Of a DNA stretch of 58,205 nucleotides, positions 27,977-37,121 are shown in pieces; the first letter of the stretch is position 1; every line of letters begins with the position of its first letter. Below the pieces are notes generated by a model that was not told the DNA's origin, did no database searches, and was given only the letters and a program-made list of their open reading frames with translations. A program made the translations under genes and the position numbers. Source of the DNA: Rhodospirillaceae bacterium (lineage in GTDB: Bacteria; Pseudomonadota; Alphaproteobacteria; UBA828); contig JABIXB010000057.1 in NCBI GenBank assembly GCA_018666805.1, positions 1 through 58,205 of the forward strand, given 5' to 3'.

Positions 27977-30013
27977 CTAATTCTCGGCCCCGGCGACCGA
28001 CGCCAGCACATCGTCCGCCAGCCGCCCAGTAAGCTCCTGCAGATGATCGAAATCAAACTCGAAACTGCCGACGCCGAGGCTAAGCGAGCGCAGTTCGATG
28101 ATCAAATCATGCATTTCGGCCTGCGGCATCTGGCATACCGTTTCGTCCCAGCCGGACCAATCCTCTTTGGCGGAAAATCCGAGCAACTGGCCCCGACGCC
28201 CGGTGATCAAGCGCTGAACATTCGGCGTGTAATCGCTCGGCGCGGAAATTTTCACCTGGTAGATGGGCTCCAATAACACGGGATTACATTTCGGCATGCC
28301 TTCCGTCATGGCCAAGCGCCCAGCCGTTTTAAACGCCTGCTCCGAGCTATCCACCGCGTGGTGCTTGCCATCGGTTAAGGTGACGGACACATCAACCACC
28401 TGGAAGCCGAGTGGTCCCTTGTGGAGATATTCCTTCACGCCGGTTTGCACTGCCGGAATATATTGCTTGGGCACGGAGCCGCCGACGACAGTGTTTTCAA
28501 ACAGAAAGCCCTCGCCGCGCGGCAGCGGTTTGATGTCGATATGAACATCGCCGAATTGACCGTGCCCGCCCGACTGCTTCTTGAAGCGCGAATGCTGCGA
28601 CACCGGTTTGCGGATCGCTTCCTTGTAGGCCACTTTCGGCAGTTCGGTTTCAAGCGCCACGCCATATTTGTCTTTCAGGCGATCGAGGGCGACGCGCAAG
28701 TGCATTTCGCCCTGGCCCCAAAGAACCGAATCATTGGTGTCCTTGACCAGCGAGAAAACCACGGAAGGATCTTCCTGGCGCAACTTGGCGATGGCACCGG
28801 AAAGCTTGACCTCGTCTTCGCGCTTGCTGGCATGCACCGCGAAAGAATAGACCGGCGGCAATTCAACCGCACAGGGCAAGCTCTCTGAGGCGGGAGAATC
28901 TTGTGATGATATCGTCGCGCCCGTCACCATGTCATTTAGCCGTCCCAAACCAACAATTTCGCCGGCCCCGGCTTTGCTCACCTTGTTTTGTTGTTGCCCG
29001 ACCAGGGAAAACATTCCGGCAATGCGTTCGCCACCCTGAAGCACCATGCCGTCGGTAATTTCGCCGCGCCAAATACGCGCCAGCGATATTTTTCCGCCAT
29101 GCGGCGAGATATAGGTCTTGATAATCTGGCCAAGCGGCGCCGCATCATCGCCGTTAACGCCTTTCAGGCGCGCCGCTGTTTCGCTGTCCGGCCCGATCGC
29201 CACAATAGCCTGCAACAGCCGCCGCACGCCCCAATCCTTCTCCGCCGCACCCATGAAGACCGGCACAACATTGGCCTCCGCCAATGTGGCGCGAAGAAAG
29301 TTCGAAACCTCTTCCTCGCTCGGAATTTTGTCTTCGAGCAAATTCTCGAGCAGCGAATCATCGAAATCCGCCAGGCTTTCGAGCAATTGTGTGCGCGCTT
29401 CCTCTTGCCGCGAGGTAACGCTTTCCGGCGCACCGACCTGGCCCGAGGCCTGGTGGTCGGCATATTGATAAGCATTTCCGGTGATCAGATCGACATAGCC
29501 GTTGACCGAATCCGCGTCGCGGATCGCGACCTGACAAGGCACCAGGGGAGTTTCGGAAATATTGCTGAGCGCATTGATCAGCTCAGCCACCCGCACCGTC
29601 GTTTCATCGATCTTGTTGGCGAAAACCGCGTGCGGAATATTGTTTTGCTCGAGGAACTTGAACAGCCGGCCCATCGTCCAAATGCGTTCGATATCCGGCT
29701 CGCAGACGATAATGGCGAAATCGACACCCATCAGGGCGTTGAATGTATCCTGGGAAAATTCCACAGAGCCTGGACAATCCAGCACCGTAAGCTGGCAGCC
29801 ACTGTGCTCAAATGTCGCAGTATTAACCTCGACACCGGACTGGCGCGCACGCGCCTCCGGGGACGCATCGCCAATGCTGTTGCCGTCACGCACGCTGCCT
29901 CTGCGCGTAATCGCGCCGGAGACCGATAGCATGCTCTCAAGAAGTGTCGTTTTACCGCTCGTATAGGGGCCCACAAGAGCCACGCTGCGCGGTTTACCGG
30001 CTATATCGCTCAT
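27977..30013 (-). CDS. Elongation factor G paralog (EF-G II/EF-G2 type)
   Basis: GPYTSGKT, DCPG, NKID, GQGEMHL, KKQSGGHGQFG, HAVDSSE, LLEP. Not located in an rpsL-rpsG-tuf operon. Confidence 0.92.
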   Translation of the reverse strand: MSDIAGKPRSVALVGPYTSGKTTLLESMLSVSGAITRRGSVRDGNSIGDASPEARARQSGVEVNTATFEHSGCQLTVLDCPGSVEFSQDTFNALMGVDFAIIVCEPDIERIWTMGRLFKFLEQNNIPHAVFANKIDETTVRVAELINALSNISETPLVPCQVAIRDADSVNGYVDLITGNAYQYADHQASGQVGAPESVTSRQEEARTQLLESLADFDDSLLENLLEDKIPSEEEVSNFLRATLAEANVVPVFMGAAEKDWGVRRLLQAIVAIGPDSETAARLKGVNGDDAAPLGQIIKTYISPHGGKISLARIWRGEITDGMVLQGGERIAGMFSLVGQQQNKVSKAGAGEIVGLGRLNDMVTGATISSQDSPASESLPCAVELPPVYSFAVHASKREDEVKLSGAIAKLRQEDPSVVFSLVKDTNDSVLWGQGEMHLRVALDRLKDKYGVALETELPKVAYKEAIRKPVSQHSRFKKQSGGHGQFGDVHIDIKPLPRGEGFLFENTVVGGSVPKQYIPAVQTGVKEYLHKGPLGFQVVDVSVTLTDGKHHAVDSSEQAFKTAGRLAMTEGMPKCNPVLLEPIYQVKISAPSDYTPNVQRLITGRRGQLLGFSAKEDWSGWDETVCQMPQAEMHDLIIELRSLSLGVGSFEFDFDHLQELTGRLADDVLASVAGAEN

Positions 30014-30231
30014 TTCTTCTCCCTCTATCAGCGCCCGTATTTTGCGGTCGCTTTGGCTCGTGTTCCGCTTTCGTCCGCCTCAATATCGGGTCGCCCAGGC
30101 GGGTTTTTCTTATTGCAGCAGAGATTGCCACGACTCGCAAACACCAGTTCAAATTTTGTCGTTTTGCCTCTGCACTGGCGCGATGGCCAACGGCGGATTA
30201 TCTTGCTCTCCACGGTCCAGAGGAGAGGTTG

Positions 30232-30978
30232 ATGAGCATTTGGGGGAAAATAGTCGGTGGCGCGGCGGGCTTTGCGCTCGGCGGACCGATTGGCGCGCTG
30301 GTCGGCGTCGCGGCGGGGCATTTCGTCGACCGGGCGAGCGCGCGTGGCGGGCTCACGCGGCGCTCCGGCGCTCCGGGGGTTGAAACCAAGCGCCAGGTCT
30401 TCGCCGTCGCCTTGATCGTCCTCTGCGCTAAAATGGCCAAGGCGGACGGCCAGGTCACACGCGACGAAATTGAGGTGTTCAAACGCATCTTTCGCGTGCC
30501 CGAGGGCGAAATGGAGCAGGTCGGGCAGATCTTTAACGAAGCACGGCGTGAATCGACCGGATTTGAGCCCTATGCTGAGCAAGTCATGGAGATTTTTCCC
30601 CACAACAAGCATGTGCGGGAAGAATTGCTGGCAGCACTTTTCCACATTGCCCAGGCCGACGGCATCATTCATGAAGGCGAGCTTGCCTACCTCAAATCCG
30701 TCGCCAGCATATTTCAGTTCGACGATCGCGACTTCGACCGCATCTTTTCCAGCCATCTCGGCTCGGACGATGCAGACCCCTACCAGATTTTAGGCGTCGA
30801 TAAGGACGCCGAGGACGCTGAGATCAAAAGCGCCTACCGCGACCTAATGCGTGAAAACCACCCGGACCGCCTGATGGCCGAAGGCCTGCCGCAGGAGATG
30901 ATCGATGTGGCAAACGAAAAAGTCGCGCATATCAACGACGCCTATGACCGCATCAGCAAAATGCGCGGCATGAAATAA
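30232..30978 (+). CDS. djlA: DjlA-like co-chaperone (TM, TerB-like and C-terminal J domain)
   Basis: MSIWGKIVGG..GGPIGAL, AKMAKADGQV, DPYQILGV..HPD. AGGAGAGG SD. Confidence 0.88.
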   Translation: MSIWGKIVGGAAGFALGGPIGALVGVAAGHFVDRASARGGLTRRSGAPGVETKRQVFAVALIVLCAKMAKADGQVTRDEIEVFKRIFRVPEGEMEQVGQIFNEARRESTGFEPYAEQVMEIFPHNKHVREELLAALFHIAQADGIIHEGELAYLKSVASIFQFDDRDFDRIFSSHLGSDDADPYQILGVDKDAEDAEIKSAYRDLMRENHPDRLMAEGLPQEMIDVANEKVAHINDAYDRISKMRGMK

Positions 30979-31004
30979 CCATCCATATTCGATGACACTT
31001 GGCG

Positions 31005-31877
31005 ATGAAGCCCTGGCACATCCTGCTCGCCACCACCATGGCGTTGCTGTGGGGCTTTGGCTTTGTGACCAGCAAATATGCCGCCGGCCACATGCCGCCA
31101 CTGTTCTTCCTGGCGCTGCGCTTTATCGCCGTCTCGTTGCTCCTGGTATGGTTCGTTCGCGTGCCGCGCGGCCAGCTGCTGCCCGTGATGCTGTTTGCCT
31201 GCAGCATGGGTGCCGGGCATTTCGGCCTGTTTTATATCGCCCTCGATATGGGTGTCGAAGCCTCGACGGCGGCAATCATCTGGCAAACCCAGGTGCCCAT
31301 GACGGTGCTCTTGGCCGCCCTCCTGTTGAACGACAGGCCGAGCTGGGTTGGCATTCTCGGCATCGTTGTCGCCTTTGGCGGCGTTTTCGTTCTGGTCGGC
31401 GAGCCACGTCATTTCGGCAATCTATTTGCCATCGGGCTGGCCCTGGCGTCTTGCGTGGCGTGGGCTGTGGCCAATATTCAGGCGAAAAAACTGACCAGCG
31501 TGGCGCCACTCGCGCTCAATGCCTGGATGTCGGTTTTCTCCGCCATCATACTGCTGGCTTGCTCGCTCATCCTCGAGAGCGATCAATTGGCGCGCTACTG
31601 GGTGCCGGATTGGCGCCTGCATGGCTCGCTCGCCTATCAGGTCGTCGCCTCAACGGTGATGGCCTATTGGATCTGGTATTTTCTGTTGCGCCGTTATCCG
31701 GTCTCGCAGATCACCGGCTTTATGCTTCTGGTGCCGTTTTTTGGCGTGCTCTCGGGAATCTTCGCGCTCGGTGAACCGATCACCTGGCCGACCGCGCTCG
31801 GCGGTGCCATCACCCTGACCGGCGTGTCTCTTATTATTTTCGCCAAGCGCCCCGCGACCGCAGACCAGCCGAGCTAG
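31005..31877 (+). CDS. EamA/DMT-family transporter
   Basis: About 10 hydrophobic segments, LWGFGFV..PPLFFLALRF, LLVPFFGVLSG..LGE. Confidence 0.9.
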   Translation: MKPWHILLATTMALLWGFGFVTSKYAAGHMPPLFFLALRFIAVSLLLVWFVRVPRGQLLPVMLFACSMGAGHFGLFYIALDMGVEASTAAIIWQTQVPMTVLLAALLLNDRPSWVGILGIVVAFGGVFVLVGEPRHFGNLFAIGLALASCVAWAVANIQAKKLTSVAPLALNAWMSVFSAIILLACSLILESDQLARYWVPDWRLHGSLAYQVVASTVMAYWIWYFLLRRYPVSQITGFMLLVPFFGVLSGIFALGEPITWPTALGGAITLTGVSLIIFAKRPATADQPS

Positions 31878-31924
31878 AAATTGCAGGCGGGCGCTGTCGC
31901 GAATCATGGTCTAAACTGCTCAGC

Positions 31925-32677
31925 ATGACACTGCCCTTTATTGACTGGCCCACTCCCAACCAGGATGCGCGTCCAGAGCCGGCGGACGAAATCAACGTGC
32001 TGGTGCTGCACTATACTGGCATGACTTCGGCCCGCGAGGCGCTCGAACGGATGCGCGATCCGGTGTTCAAAGTCAGCGCGCACTGGTGCATCGACGAAGA
32101 CGGACAGCTCTATCGCCTGGTGCCGGAAGAGCTGCGCGCCTGGCATGCCGGCCTCAGCTATTGGCGCCAGCGCCATCTGGTCAACGACATCTCGATCGGC
32201 ATCGAGCTGGTCAATCCAGGGCATGAATTCGGTTACCGGCCGTTTCCCGGCGCCCAGATGGACGTGCTCATCGCGCTCTCAAACGAAATTCTCGCGCGCT
32301 ACGATATTCCACCGGCCAATGTGGTCGGCCATTCCGATATCGCACCTGAGCGCAAGCAAGATCCGGGCGAACTGTTCGATTGGGCGCGCCTCGCCCGTGC
32401 CGGCATTGGTATCTGGCCGCACGGCCCCGGTGAGCCGACCGGTAGCGCGCCGGCGCTGAAGAAAGGCGCGCGCGGTGACGGCGTGCGCGCGTTTCAGAAA
32501 AACCTGTTCGATTTCGGCTACGGCCTTTATGTCGATGGCCATTACGGCGAAGAGAGCGAAGCCATCGTGCGCGCCTTTCAGCGCCATTTCCGCCAGGCCC
32601 GGATAGACGGTATCGCCGACGGCGCAACCCGGGCAATTTTGGAACATCTGCTCAAGCAAACCGCGTTCTCTGCTTGA
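31925..32677 (+). CDS. N-acetylmuramoyl-L-alanine amidase (Amidase_2 with PG-binding domain, AmiD/AmpD-like)
   Basis: LHYTGM, VSAHW, RAWHAG, SIGIEL, GHSDIAPERKQDPG, AFQRHF. Confidence 0.93.
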   Translation: MTLPFIDWPTPNQDARPEPADEINVLVLHYTGMTSAREALERMRDPVFKVSAHWCIDEDGQLYRLVPEELRAWHAGLSYWRQRHLVNDISIGIELVNPGHEFGYRPFPGAQMDVLIALSNEILARYDIPPANVVGHSDIAPERKQDPGELFDWARLARAGIGIWPHGPGEPTGSAPALKKGARGDGVRAFQKNLFDFGYGLYVDGHYGEESEAIVRAFQRHFRQARIDGIADGATRAILEHLLKQTAFSA

Positions 32678-32741
32678 CATTTTCATGCGCAAACCGCCGG
32701 TGCGGCTTGACTGCTGGCGCAAGGCGCATAATCTAATCCTC

Positions 32742-33163
<422 letters not shown>

Positions 33164-33230
33164 ATTTACTTCCAACGAATATTACCGCGACTGCGGCATT
33201 ATTTGCGTTTTAGCGAAACACCCGCCCTAT

Positions 33231-33277
33231 AGCCCATATATTGTAATTTTTTACATAGCTCACCACTACATACTGTA
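33231..33277. promoter_or_regulatory. Tandem NrdR-like boxes
   Basis: AGCCCATATATTGTA (33231) and CCACTACATACTGTA (33263) resemble acaCwAtATaTwGtg and are 32 bp apart. Confidence 0.45.
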
Positions 33278-33320
33278 TGACTCGTTATTATGGCCCAGCT
33301 TCGCTTTCGACACCGAAGGA

Positions 33321-33335
33321 GAACAAAAAAGGAAC
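33321..33335. promoter_or_regulatory. LexA (SOS) box upstream of mraZ
   Basis: GAAC-AAAAAAG-GAAC, exact GAAC-N7-GAAC. Confidence 0.55.
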
Positions 33336-33476
33336 AGTACTAAATATTTGTTATTTGAAGTGATCGTCGGGCGGAAGGTATCCGATCATTTTTCAAGTGA
33401 TTTTGTTAATAGTTTCTTTTTTCCCGCCTTAAAACCCACGAGGATTAACTTGCTTTTTATTTGAAAATCATTTGAC

Positions 33477-33511
33477 GCCCAAAAATACCCATGATATCCC
33501 ATGATGTCCCA
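33477..33511. promoter_or_regulatory. MraZ-binding repeats
   Basis: GCCCA, ACCCA, TCCCA, TCCCA at an exact 10-bp period (TGGGN on the minus strand), adjacent to TTGACG at 33472. Confidence 0.75.
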
Positions 33512-33590
33512 AATACTTGGTTTCGCGCCGTATGCGCGGCGCTGAGGTGTATCAGACACTGCAAATGGGACGGGCATTTATTGTGGGAGC

Positions 33591-34055
33591 GTGGACTTGG
33601 CTTTATTTACCGGCCATGTCATCAACAAGGTGGATCGCAAGGGACGGGTCTCGGTTCCGGCGGCGTTTCGCAATGAGCTCGTCAAACTGAGTTTTCCCGG
33701 CATCGTCCTGTTCCCGTCGCCTGAGGGAATCCCCGCTGTCGAAGGCGCTGGCATCGATTGGCTGGAAAGCCTGAGCGGCAATTTCACCACCACCAATCCC
33801 TTCGCGCCCAAATCGCGCAAAGCCCGCATGGCATTGTTTAGCCAGGTGGAGCGCCTGCCGTTCGATCCGGAAGGGCGCGTCATGTTGACCAGCAAATTGA
33901 TGGAATTTGCCGGAATCAGCGATAGCGTTGCCTTTATCGGCATGGGCGAAACCTTTCAGATCTGGCAGCCGGAAGCCGGCGCCTCCTTCCTCGATGAAGC
34001 CATCGCCGATGCTCCTGCCGAGTTTGACGCGATGCAGCCCGGGAGCGTTTCGTGA
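33591..34055 (+). CDS. mraZ: Division/cell-wall cluster transcriptional repressor MraZ
   Basis: DRKGRVSVP and DPEGRVML repeats, FQIW. First gene of the dcw cluster. Confidence 0.95.
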   Translation: MDLALFTGHVINKVDRKGRVSVPAAFRNELVKLSFPGIVLFPSPEGIPAVEGAGIDWLESLSGNFTTTNPFAPKSRKARMALFSQVERLPFDPEGRVMLTSKLMEFAGISDSVAFIGMGETFQIWQPEAGASFLDEAIADAPAEFDAMQPGSVS

Positions 34056-35059
34056 TGGCCCCGCGCTCAACATCCGGCACAACCAGTTCCGGGGAATTCG
34101 GCCATGCGCCGGTCATGCTGGCCGAGATGCTTGAGACGCTCGCGCCGCGCGATGGTGCGGTTTATGTCGATTCCACACTCGGCGCCGGCGGCTATAGCCG
34201 TGGCCTCCTGGAAGCGGCGGAATGCCGCGTCTGCGCCATTGACCGCGACCCGGCGGCGATCGCGCGCGGCGCGGCGCTGGCCGAAAGCTTCCCCGGCCGG
34301 CTCACCCTGATCCAGGGCCGCTTCGGCGAAATGGAACAATTGCTGGCGCCGCACGGTATTCGCGAAGTCGACGGCATTGCCTTCGACCTTGGCGTCTCTT
34401 CGATGCAGCTCGATGATGCGGCGCGCGGCTTCTCGTTCCGCTATGACGCAGCGCTCGACATGCGCATGGGGAGCGGCGGGCCGAGCGTCGAAGAAGTCAT
34501 CAACAGCGCACCCCAGGAGATGCTCGCCGACCTGATCTATGACTATGGCGAGGAACGCCGCGCCCGCGCGGTTGCCCGCGCCATTGTCCAGGCGCGCGCC
34601 GAAGCGCCGATCAGCCGCACCAGCCAGCTTGCCGATATCGTGCGCAGCGTCGTCAGGCGCGGCAACAGCGGCATCGATCCGGCAACCCGGACCTTTCAGG
34701 CGCTCAGAATTTACGTCAATGACGAGCTTGGCGAACTCGATCTCGGACTGGCGGCGAGCGAGCGCATGCTCTGCCCCGGCGGCCGCCTCGCGGTGGTCTC
34801 CTTCCACTCGCTCGAGGACCGCCGCGTCAAAACCTACCTCAACAGCCATAGCGGCTCGCTGCCGCGGCCAAGCCGCCACCTGCCGGAGCCTTTGGTTGGC
34901 GCCACAAAATCGCCGCAACCAAGCTTTAGCTTACTGCACAAGGGCGCGCGCAAACCGAGCGCCACGGAATTGAACGCCAATCCACGCGCCCGCTCGGCCC
35001 GGCTCCGGGCCGCGGTTCGCACGGCAGCGCCCGTCATGCCGGAAGGCACCGACGCATGA
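34055..35059 (+). CDS. rsmH: 16S rRNA m4C1402 methyltransferase
   Basis: HAPVML, DSTLGAGGY, DLGVSSMQLD..RGFSF, FHSLEDR, NPRARSA. Confidence 0.97.
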   Translation: MAPRSTSGTTSSGEFGHAPVMLAEMLETLAPRDGAVYVDSTLGAGGYSRGLLEAAECRVCAIDRDPAAIARGAALAESFPGRLTLIQGRFGEMEQLLAPHGIREVDGIAFDLGVSSMQLDDAARGFSFRYDAALDMRMGSGGPSVEEVINSAPQEMLADLIYDYGEERRARAVARAIVQARAEAPISRTSQLADIVRSVVRRGNSGIDPATRTFQALRIYVNDELGELDLGLAASERMLCPGGRLAVVSFHSLEDRRVKTYLNSHSGSLPRPSRHLPEPLVGATKSPQPSFSLLHKGARKPSATELNANPRARSARLRAAVRTAAPVMPEGTDA

Positions 35060-35361
35060 TTAGGCCCGCGCTCATTCTATGGATCGGTTTGCCGGCGATC
35101 GTCACGATCGCGCTTCTGTTGGTGAGCTACCAGGTCAAAGGGTTGGAGAACGAATTGGCGGCGTTGGAACGTGCGGCGATCGCACAGCAGGAAGAAATAC
35201 ATGTGCTGAATGCGGAATGGAGTTTTCTCAACCGGCCCGAACGGCTCGCCCGTCTGGCCGAACGACATCTCGACCTCGCGCCCGTCGCGCCGAAACAAAT
35301 GATTTCCTTCGCCTATGAGCCGCTTGGCCAAAACCTCGAATCTCAAGGTTATGTAAAATGA
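35056..35361 (+). CDS. ftsL: Cell division protein FtsL
   Basis: TM plus coiled coil, LNAEWSFLNRPERL, positioned between rsmH and ftsI. Confidence 0.9.
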   Translation: MIRPALILWIGLPAIVTIALLLVSYQVKGLENELAALERAAIAQQEEIHVLNAEWSFLNRPERLARLAERHLDLAPVAPKQMISFAYEPLGQNLESQGYVK

Positions 35362-37121
35362 GTGATTTATCGGTCCGCCCGTGGCGTCACGCCGCCAACG
35401 ATATGAGCCTTGATGAGGGCGATGAAAAGCTCAGCGCCCGGCAGGCACGCCGGCCATTGGAAACCGCGCGCACCCGCCTGTTTGTCGCTGGCGCCATTTT
35501 CACACTGTGTTTTGTTATTTTGGGCGGCCGCCTGGTTCAGCTCTCATTGCTCGGCGGCGGTCAAAACCAAGAGCGCGCGGCAGAGCATCAAGGCGGCCTG
35601 TTGACGCTTCAGCGCGCCGATATTGTCGATCGCAACGGAGCTCTCCTCGCCACCAACCTGCCGTCCCACTCATTATATGTGAACCCGAGCCAAGTGCTCG
35701 ATGCCGTTGAGGCGGCCGACAAAATTACCCGCATCCTGCCCGAGCTCTCGCGCGATAAAGTCTTGCGCAAGGCAAGCGCCACGGGCCAATTCGCCTGGAT
35801 CAAGCGTAATCTCACGCCGGATCAGCATTATGCTATCAACCGCCTCGGCCTGCCCGGCTTCAGCTTCGAGCGCGAGGAGCGCCGCGTCTATCCGCACGGC
35901 TCTCTCTTTGTCCATACGTTGGGTTTCGCAGGCATCGACAATGCCGGCCTGGCCGGATTGGAAGCGGCGCGCGACGACGACCTCAAGCAGATCGCTAAAA
36001 CGCCGGACGGCAAGATGGTCACCGCGCTCGACAGCCGCGTACAGCACATCGTTCATGCCGAGCTCAGCGCCGCCATGGCCACGTTCAAGGCAAAAGGCGC
36101 CGCCGGTATCGTCATGGATGTGCATAGCGGCGAAGTGCTGGCGCTCTCGAGCCTGCCCGACTTCAACCCCTATGAACTTGATTCGAGCATCGCCGATCAG
36201 CGCTTCAACCGCGCCACGCTTGGGGTCTACGAATTGGGCTCGACCTTCAAGGCCTTCACCACCGCGATGGCACTCGAATATGGCGTGGTCGATATAAACG
36301 ACCGCTATGACGCCACCAAGCCGCTCAAGGTCGCGCGCTTTACCATTCGCGACGACCACCCGCAAAATCGCTGGCTCGATGTGCCAGAGATTTTCGTCCA
36401 TTCATCAAATATCGGCGCCGCCCAGATGGCGCGCGATGTCGGCGCCGAACGGCAGAAGGATTTTCTCGCCCGCCTCGGCATGCTGAGCCCACTACCCTTC
36501 GAGCTGGCCGAAAACGGCAAACCGCTTTCGCCGCGCCACTGGCGTGAAATCAACACCATGACCATCGGCTATGGCCATGGCATCGCGGTGACGCCGCTGC
36601 ATTTGATCAGCGGCTTTGCCACCCTGGTGAATGGCGGCATGCGTACGACGCCGACCTTGTTGCGCCGCCCCGTGACGCAAACAGGCGAGCGTGTAATCGC
36701 GCGCGAGACCTCCGATGCGATGCGCATGCTGATGCGCATGGTCGTCGAACAGGGCACCGGCAAGCAGGCCGAGGCCGAAGGCTACCTGGTTGGCGGTAAG
36801 ACCGGCACCGCCGAGAAGGCAACTGTTGGCGGCTACAAAAAGGACGCCCTGATCACCACTTTTGTCGGCGCCTTCCCAATGGATGCGCCGCGCTATGCCG
36901 TGCTCGTCATGCTCGACGAGCCGCACGGCAACGACGCAACGCACGGCCTTGCCGCTGCCGGCTGGAACGCCGCACCGGTGTTCGGCCGTATCGTCTCGCA
37001 AATCGCACCCATGCTGGGCGTCATGCCGCTCCTGCCGTCGGGCGAAGAACAACAACAAGATCAAACCCAACGTTTGCTGGTGCGGGCCGATGGAAAGGGC
37101 CGCAACTTTGCATCTTTTTGA
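35358..37121 (+). CDS. ftsI: PBP3 transpeptidase FtsI
   Basis: RADIVDRNG, RVYPHG, STFK, SSN and KTG motifs. Confidence 0.96.
   Translation: MSDLSVRPWRHAANDMSLDEGDEKLSARQARRPLETARTRLFVAGAIFTLCFVILGGRLVQLSLLGGGQNQERAAEHQGGLLTLQRADIVDRNGALLATNLPSHSLYVNPSQVLDAVEAADKITRILPELSRDKVLRKASATGQFAWIKRNLTPDQHYAINRLGLPGFSFEREERRVYPHGSLFVHTLGFAGIDNAGLAGLEAARDDDLKQIAKTPDGKMVTALDSRVQHIVHAELSAAMATFKAKGAAGIVMDVHSGEVLALSSLPDFNPYELDSSIADQRFNRATLGVYELGSTFKAFTTAMALEYGVVDINDRYDATKPLKVARFTIRDDHPQNRWLDVPEIFVHSSNIGAAQMARDVGAERQKDFLARLGMLSPLPFELAENGKPLSPRHWREINTMTIGYGHGIAVTPLHLISGFATLVNGGMRTTPTLLRRPVTQTGERVIARETSDAMRMLMRMVVEQGTGKQAEAEGYLVGGKTGTAEKATVGGYKKDALITTFVGAFPMDAPRYAVLVMLDEPHGNDATHGLAAAGWNAAPVFGRIVSQIAPMLGVMPLLPSGEEQQQDQTQRLLVRADGKGRNFASF

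Noticed and set aside
33277-33363. 28-codon ORF spanning the LexA box (possible SidA-like SOS division inhibitor)
   Set aside because: No SD, no hydrophobic helix, and it starts upstream of the box. A 34-codon GTG ORF at 33360 also lacks an SD.
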